From IMG/VR virus record IMGVR_UViG_3300021399_000100: a DNA stretch of 64,000 nucleotides. One strand, 5' to 3'. Positions within the stretch are counted from its first letter, which is position 1. Each line of letters begins with the position of its first letter. The stretch is from a virus. Its lineage: Duplodnaviria > Caudoviricetes. Both the position numbers and the translations under genes were made by a program. Positions 59,282 to 64,000 of the stretch are shown one piece after another. Below the pieces are notes generated by a model. That model did not search any database. It had not been told where the DNA came from and saw only the letters and a list, made by a program, of their open reading frames with translations.

Positions 59282-60676
59282 TTATTTCTTTTTCGTGACT
59301 TTAGAAAGCAATATATCTAAATCGTCTAGATATATATCTATATAATCAGTTGATTTTAGTGCTTTGAGCTGTGCTTTGAGGTCTTTTAATTTGTCTTCAA
59401 GTGCTTTGATCTTTTCTGCCGTTATAGAATCTACCCTCATGGATAGCAGGTATTCATATGAATCGTATACTCTATCATATTTAGCAGCATCTAGCCTCTT
59501 TTCGATATCAGTCTTCTTATAGAAGTCCTCGTGTTCTTTAATGAATCGTATCCGGTTGCTCGCTATGATGATATCTGTATTAGTCTTTTCTATAAGCTTC
59601 TTTAGACGTGTCTTGTAGAACTCTTTCCGGAAATTGACAAATCTAGGAATGATCTCTCCTACATGGTTGAATACCACAATGTTACCATTCTCATCAGTAA
59701 ATGTAGGATTCTCTGTCGTCTTAGACTCTAGGTGCAATTTCACCTTCATCTTCTCATCTAGAGAATTACCTGCCCTGAATTTAATATCATACGATTTATC
59801 AGGGTTTCTCGTATATGACAGAACTTTATTGCTGCTTAATTCATCCAGGTCAGCTTTGAAGCTGTCCATTTCACCAATAAACTCATCTATGTGAAGGTTA
59901 CCCTTCTTATCTACTGTATACACTCCATGTATATCCCAAATGTTTCCTGTATTAGGATTCTTAGGAGTTCCTGGGTTAGGTGTACATGTTCCCTTGAAGT
60001 CAGGTATTACTGGCACTAATATCTTCGGCTTGGTATCTGTTCCTTTCTTTATGTTTTTCAGCGTGCGTATACACTCTTTTATGACATCCACTACATCGCG
60101 GGCCATAATATCAGAAGCGAATCCCATAGCGATACCACTTGAGCTATTGCATAAGCTGTAAGGAATGATAGGCAGCATATATTCTGGTTCACATTCTGTA
60201 CCATCGCTCCACTGCGGTACTAAAATATCATTATCTTTGAACACATGTTCAAATAAACTAGACAGCTTTACGGATACATATCGGGGAGATGCAGCACTTC
60301 TGAAATGGTATCCTCCGAACTGCCCTATACCTTCCAGCATAGGCATATTAGAATTATGAGGCTGGGCCATTCCTATGATGGCCTTGTTCAGTGAAATATC
60401 ACCGTGAACATATGCCATCTTGAATGCGACTATACCGCATAGCTGGAATACTTTCAAAGGACTTTTCAATTGATCTTTAGCACACCATAGAACCTTTCGG
60501 GTAGATTCTTTCAATCCGTCTATATAAGAGGGTATGGCGCGGTGCGAGCATATTTCGCGTCCGTAGCATACCATTTCGTTAGCGCAGAAAGTGTCTATGC
60601 TTGATATAGTGTTTGCTCCTTTAAGCTTTGATAATTCTGGAGATTTCTGCAGCTCCTCATTTGTTAGTTTTGCCAT
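59282..60676 (-). CDS. gp52: Type IIA DNA topoisomerase, GyrA/ParC-like subunit (T4 gp52)
   Basis: 'RAIPS.IDGLK...RK', 'YVHGD.SL', 'G.GQFG', 'ASPRY', 'EPEY.LPIIP..L.N...GIA.GF'. Confidence 0.92.
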   Translation of the reverse strand: MAKLTNEELQKSPELSKLKGANTISSIDTFCANEMVCYGREICSHRAIPSYIDGLKESTRKVLWCAKDQLKSPLKVFQLCGIVAFKMAYVHGDISLNKAIIGMAQPHNSNMPMLEGIGQFGGYHFRSAASPRYVSVKLSSLFEHVFKDNDILVPQWSDGTECEPEYMLPIIPYSLCNSSSGIAMGFASDIMARDVVDVIKECIRTLKNIKKGTDTKPKILVPVIPDFKGTCTPNPGTPKNPNTGNIWDIHGVYTVDKKGNLHIDEFIGEMDSFKADLDELSSNKVLSYTRNPDKSYDIKFRAGNSLDEKMKVKLHLESKTTENPTFTDENGNIVVFNHVGEIIPRFVNFRKEFYKTRLKKLIEKTNTDIIIASNRIRFIKEHEDFYKKTDIEKRLDAAKYDRVYDSYEYLLSMRVDSITAEKIKALEDKLKDLKAQLKALKSTDYIDIYLDDLDILLSKVTKKK

Positions 60677-60762
60677 TCTTATCTAATGTTACGTTTATTA
60701 ATATAATCACAAAAAATAACAAGGCGTCAATCATATTAATTAACGCCTTGAAAACCACATAT

Positions 60763-61086
60763 TTATGCAATTACATTTTGTATAATATCATGCAATTCGC
60801 ATATATCTGTCATAGGAGGCAGGTCATCTAAAGCCTCATCTATGCTGTCGAATATTAGGTCTATGACTTCTCTGTCAATGCACTGCACATAATCTAGCAG
60901 TTCAGCATTGTCGGGATTATTCAGCATGTTATCATCACCTGTAAGAAAACAGCATATTATATCAATTATGACATCAGGAGAGATATCTGAAACTATAGTA
61001 TTTCTTCTAGTTCGACTGGCGTGCTTCTTCATCCATGAACGAGACGCTTCCAGAGCATCTCTTGCTGTAATGAAATCTATAATCAT
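60763..61086 (-). CDS. Hypothetical protein
   Basis: 107-aa ORF with GTGATTATA upstream and terminator at 60718-60750. Confidence 0.6.
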   Translation of the reverse strand: MIIDFITARDALEASRSWMKKHASRTRRNTIVSDISPDVIIDIICCFLTGDDNMLNNPDNAELLDYVQCIDREVIDLIFDSIDEALDDLPPMTDICELHDIIQNVIA

Positions 61087-61119
61087 AATAAATAAAATTG
61101 TTATGTTCTACAAATATAA

Positions 61120-62517
61120 TCACACCTTGACTTCAACGCCAGACTCAGGCCCTGGAATCATAGACCTTCTAATCAAATGGACCATCTGTGACATCCTTCC
61201 ATTATCAACGATATATTCTATACCGTCCACAATATAGAACCCTGTTTTAGTATAGTCTAGAATCATATCGTCAAGTACAGCCTGCTCGCTAGAGGATTCT
61301 CCATCTTTAGACTGGTCTGTGGTCTTGTTCTGGCTACTGTATAATTCAACCCAGATAGCTGTACCTCTCTTGATATATGCATTTAGAGTCAGCTCGCAGC
61401 ATATTCCTGATCTTCTGACGCTCTTAAGGTTTAGATCATTGAATGCCTGGGCCCAGTAGAAGTTCTTATGATGATTGTCCTGATCAAGCATAGGAAAGGT
61501 AAGAACATCGTATATACCTTCAAACTCTTTGCTGCCATCGACAATAAGGCCGCGGTTGACTGGAACCATGCCTTTCTTATGATCTATCAAGACATCTGCA
61601 AACTCACTGACGAACGTATCATCCACTCTATCATAATATTCTACGACTACCCTGTCGCCTGATGAAATGGCATCCTGCGGGCTATTTTCTAAAGTATAGC
61701 TATATATATGATTGTTCCATCCTATAGTAGAATTTAGATTAGATATCATATAAGGTGAATCTTTCACTAGGCCCTTGATGGAAGTTCTGTCTGCTTTGGA
61801 ATTGGTTTTTTCAAACTGAGCTGTAGGTATCTTGTTGATTTTGAACGAGTTATTTATATCACTTTTGAAAGCATACTTATCAAATAACCTATTATATTCT
61901 ACAAAATACAAATTATGGTCTATTGATATAAACGATTCGAAGAATGACTGATCGTCTTTATATGCATGCGACGATATATACTGGCAGAAGTCAGCAGTGC
62001 TATTATGGCCGTTGACCCATATCATAGCGTCATTCGTATCAGATAATTCTATATTAGTACAGAAGCCTGTTCCCATCTGTTGTGCCATACATGCGAGTGC
62101 TTCTGCACTCTTGCCTGGAAGGGATACAGAACATTTCCTGAACATGTCAGGGACACGGAGGCTCCCAGATATAGTCAGGTAATCCCCATCATCTCTAACG
62201 CTGTCCGCAGAAAAGACAGATTCTATAATACCAACGCCGTCACTGATAATAAACGATATGACTGCTCCAGGTACTATTTCCCTAGTATTATCGATAGACC
62301 CATTCACAGAAGCTTTCACTATATCCATCGTAATAGACGGACAGAAAGAGGTATCGCTTATTCTGAGATAATATATGCTACCACACGGTATAAGCTTGCC
62401 ACCTACAGTCAAGATAGCTGTATATGGCATATCTTTGGCAGCCTGCCTCATCTTATCAGTAATGTGATTCTTCACATCCAAAGACTTCTCGAAGACTATT
62501 CCAGGATTAAGCTTCAT
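61120..62517 (-). CDS. Hypothetical protein, possibly baseplate hub-like
   Basis: 465 aa; C-term 'TGFYIVDGIEY....MSQMVHLIRR' resembles hub-protein C-terminal strands. Confidence 0.4.
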   Translation of the reverse strand: MKLNPGIVFEKSLDVKNHITDKMRQAAKDMPYTAILTVGGKLIPCGSIYYLRISDTSFCPSITMDIVKASVNGSIDNTREIVPGAVISFIISDGVGIIESVFSADSVRDDGDYLTISGSLRVPDMFRKCSVSLPGKSAEALACMAQQMGTGFCTNIELSDTNDAMIWVNGHNSTADFCQYISSHAYKDDQSFFESFISIDHNLYFVEYNRLFDKYAFKSDINNSFKINKIPTAQFEKTNSKADRTSIKGLVKDSPYMISNLNSTIGWNNHIYSYTLENSPQDAISSGDRVVVEYYDRVDDTFVSEFADVLIDHKKGMVPVNRGLIVDGSKEFEGIYDVLTFPMLDQDNHHKNFYWAQAFNDLNLKSVRRSGICCELTLNAYIKRGTAIWVELYSSQNKTTDQSKDGESSSEQAVLDDMILDYTKTGFYIVDGIEYIVDNGRMSQMVHLIRRSMIPGPESGVEVKV

Positions 62518-63199
62518 CTTGTGGTTCCGTCAGTATATTTAGAGTTATTTCTGCATCTTTAGCGTATTTATTCACGTGTGACACAAATTCATACAGTATA
62601 GGATAGTTCCATTGATCAATATTGCCTATAGTAATATGTGTATCTTGAGATATGTTATTGTGCTTGCATAGTTCAATAAGCTCGTTTACAGTAGTGCTGG
62701 TTTTCAAGTCAGGTACATTATCTTTACTATTGATCGGGTGTACTGCAAGATAAGCATTCCTATACTCTGCGATATATGTGACTTCGTCACCTAGCCAAGA
62801 GGGCTTATTAAATAGAGTATCTTCGCTTGGCAACTCTATTTCTGCAACAGTAAGTCCTTGATTATCATCGAGATATTCATCGACTTCCCAAATTAAGTTA
62901 TTATCTCCTGAAATATTATGCCTGATTTTAGAAACTTTATATTTAGCAAGACTCATGAGCGCTTCTGCTTGATCAAGAGCGATTCTCTGGTTGACTTCTA
63001 CCCTTGACACCCCGATATTGCAGCTCTTGACAACGATATAAGCCGCTTCTGTGTTGTTGTCCATAACGTGACGTTCGATACGCACGCGAACCTCGCACGC
63101 AGGCCCAGTACACAGATATCCCTGCCGAATCATATAATGATACTGGCTATGGCCTTTCCATGAATCATTCTTTACAGTGAATTTTCGTTCTATTTCCAT
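62507..63199 (-). CDS. CYTH-domain (triphosphate tunnel) protein with C-terminal extension
   Basis: 'MEIERKF', 'IRQGYL', 'VRVRI', 'WEVDEY...GL.VAEIEL', 'WLG.EVT....Y.N..LA'. Confidence 0.88.
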   Translation of the reverse strand: MEIERKFTVKNDSWKGHSQYHYMIRQGYLCTGPACEVRVRIERHVMDNNTEAAYIVVKSCNIGVSRVEVNQRIALDQAEALMSLAKYKVSKIRHNISGDNNLIWEVDEYLDDNQGLTVAEIELPSEDTLFNKPSWLGDEVTYIAEYRNAYLAVHPINSKDNVPDLKTSTTVNELIELCKHNNISQDTHITIGNIDQWNYPILYEFVSHVNKYAKDAEITLNILTEPQDEA

Positions 63200-63209
63200 A
63201 CTAGAAAAA

Positions 63210-63500
63210 TTACATCTCATCTGTATTTACTTCGGATATACCTTTCAGCTGACCTATGAGTTCCTGATAATAGTCGCCTAGCATCCCACGCAGGATTTTC
63301 TTACGGACATCCCAGAACCAACCGCTATAAAACTTCATATTGTTATCGTACCAGGACTGGATGAAACGTTCGGCATTGCATACCATAGCATCCTTTCTGC
63401 TGCTGCTTTCTACTGTACCGATAGATTTCAGTATATTAGAAATCCCAGCAGCACTGTCCTGGATCTTGAAGATACTATCATAAAATTCTGACTGTTTCAT
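63210..63500 (-). CDS. Hypothetical protein
   Basis: ORF; start at ATG 63500 chosen by spacing from GTGATTATA (63526-63534). Confidence 0.55.
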   Translation of the reverse strand: MKQSEFYDSIFKIQDSAAGISNILKSIGTVESSSRKDAMVCNAERFIQSWYDNNMKFYSGWFWDVRKKILRGMLGDYYQELIGQLKGISEVNTDEM

Positions 63501-63546
63501 AATATCTACATTTTTGTTATGCATATATAATCACACAATATGCAAT

Positions 63547-63635
63547 ATTTGCTATGTTACTTCGCGTATAACGAAAGAACTTTCTAAAACAATGTAAGAT
63601 ATCATAACAGAAAAAATATCGCGTTAAATCGCATT
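63547..63635 (+). repeat. Dispersed ~90-bp fixed-spacing element, copy 3
   Basis: ATTTGCTATGTTA..TCGCGTATAA-N24-AAGATATC-N11-AATATCGCGTTAAATCGCATT. Confidence 0.85.
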
Positions 63636-63682
63636 TATGGAAATCCTAGCAGATATGTATAGGATGAGATGCTCTTATATTA

Positions 63683-64000
63683 GCTGAAGAAAGAACATAT
63701 AGTATAGCATTGCTCCAATATAGAATCTATTAGTCCAGTATAGTAATGTGAAGTGCGCACCTAAAGGTGACGCACCTCACGGAACCATGTTCCAGTTATA
63801 TCTGTTTTATTTTTTTTTGTTTTATTTTTTTTGATCCTAAGAATACCCAGATATATCAAGTCCTTACCGAAACTTCCCCTAATTTCCCTATATTATATAT
63901 TCCCCTCATATATCTATTAAGGATATGGGGATATATCTTTCTCCATGTTTCCCCTAATTTCCCTATATTATATATTCCCCTCATATATCTATTAAGGATA
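63683..64000. repeat. Dispersed structured non-coding element, copy B (runs off window end)
   Basis: Hairpins gtgcg-cacc-taaa-ggtg-a-cgcac and ggaac-cat-gttcc, T-tract, CCGAAACTTCCCC, at least 2x CCCTATATTATATATTCCCCTCATATATCTATTAAGGATA(TGGGG). Confidence 0.85.

Noticed and set aside
1-64000. tRNA or rRNA genes
   Set aside because: No cloverleaf or rRNA-like segment was recognised in the intergenic gaps by eye; tRNAscan-SE would be needed to exclude them formally.

Overview
This 64-kb, AT-rich, densely coding window comes from a large T4-related (myovirus/jumbo-type) bacteriophage genome that reads cleanly in the standard code. It has recognisable but heavily shuffled T4-like core genes: neck gp13/gp14-like, tail sheath, portal, a prohead protease-scaffold fusion, gp4 head-completion nuclease, gp41 helicase, gp61 primase, a gp55-like sigma factor, UvsX, UvsW, gp47, gp52 topoisomerase and only the C-terminal half of a split B-family DNA polymerase. 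Accessory genes include NrdD, ThyX, QueD/QueE/FolE, an RNA ligase, an HD hydrolase, a CYTH protein, a DpnA-like methylase, a GH19 endolysin, a T-holin-like protein, three tandem DUF285/BspA repeat proteins, a RimK-like ligase, a DUF1704 peptidase and a MoxR-AAA/VWA-peptidase block. An anaerobic Bacteroidetes host is inferred from NrdD, AT-rich leaders with no obvious SD, a Q-rule signal peptide and a near-consensus TTTG/TAnnTTTG promoter. The most notable observations are: (1) UvsX ends in an N-terminal split-intein half with no partner in the window; (2) a set of late proteins carries T4 capsid-targeting-like leaders and I/L/V-x-E cleavage sites, suggesting an injected enzyme cargo; (3) a possible RimK/DUF1704 C-terminal tail writer-eraser pair; (4) two families of dispersed non-coding elements; (5) two related promoter-to-terminator units without a credible ORF (sRNA candidates); (6) two phage promoter motifs, GTGATTATA and GTAAATA. 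All assignments come from motif recognition by eye; no searches were run.
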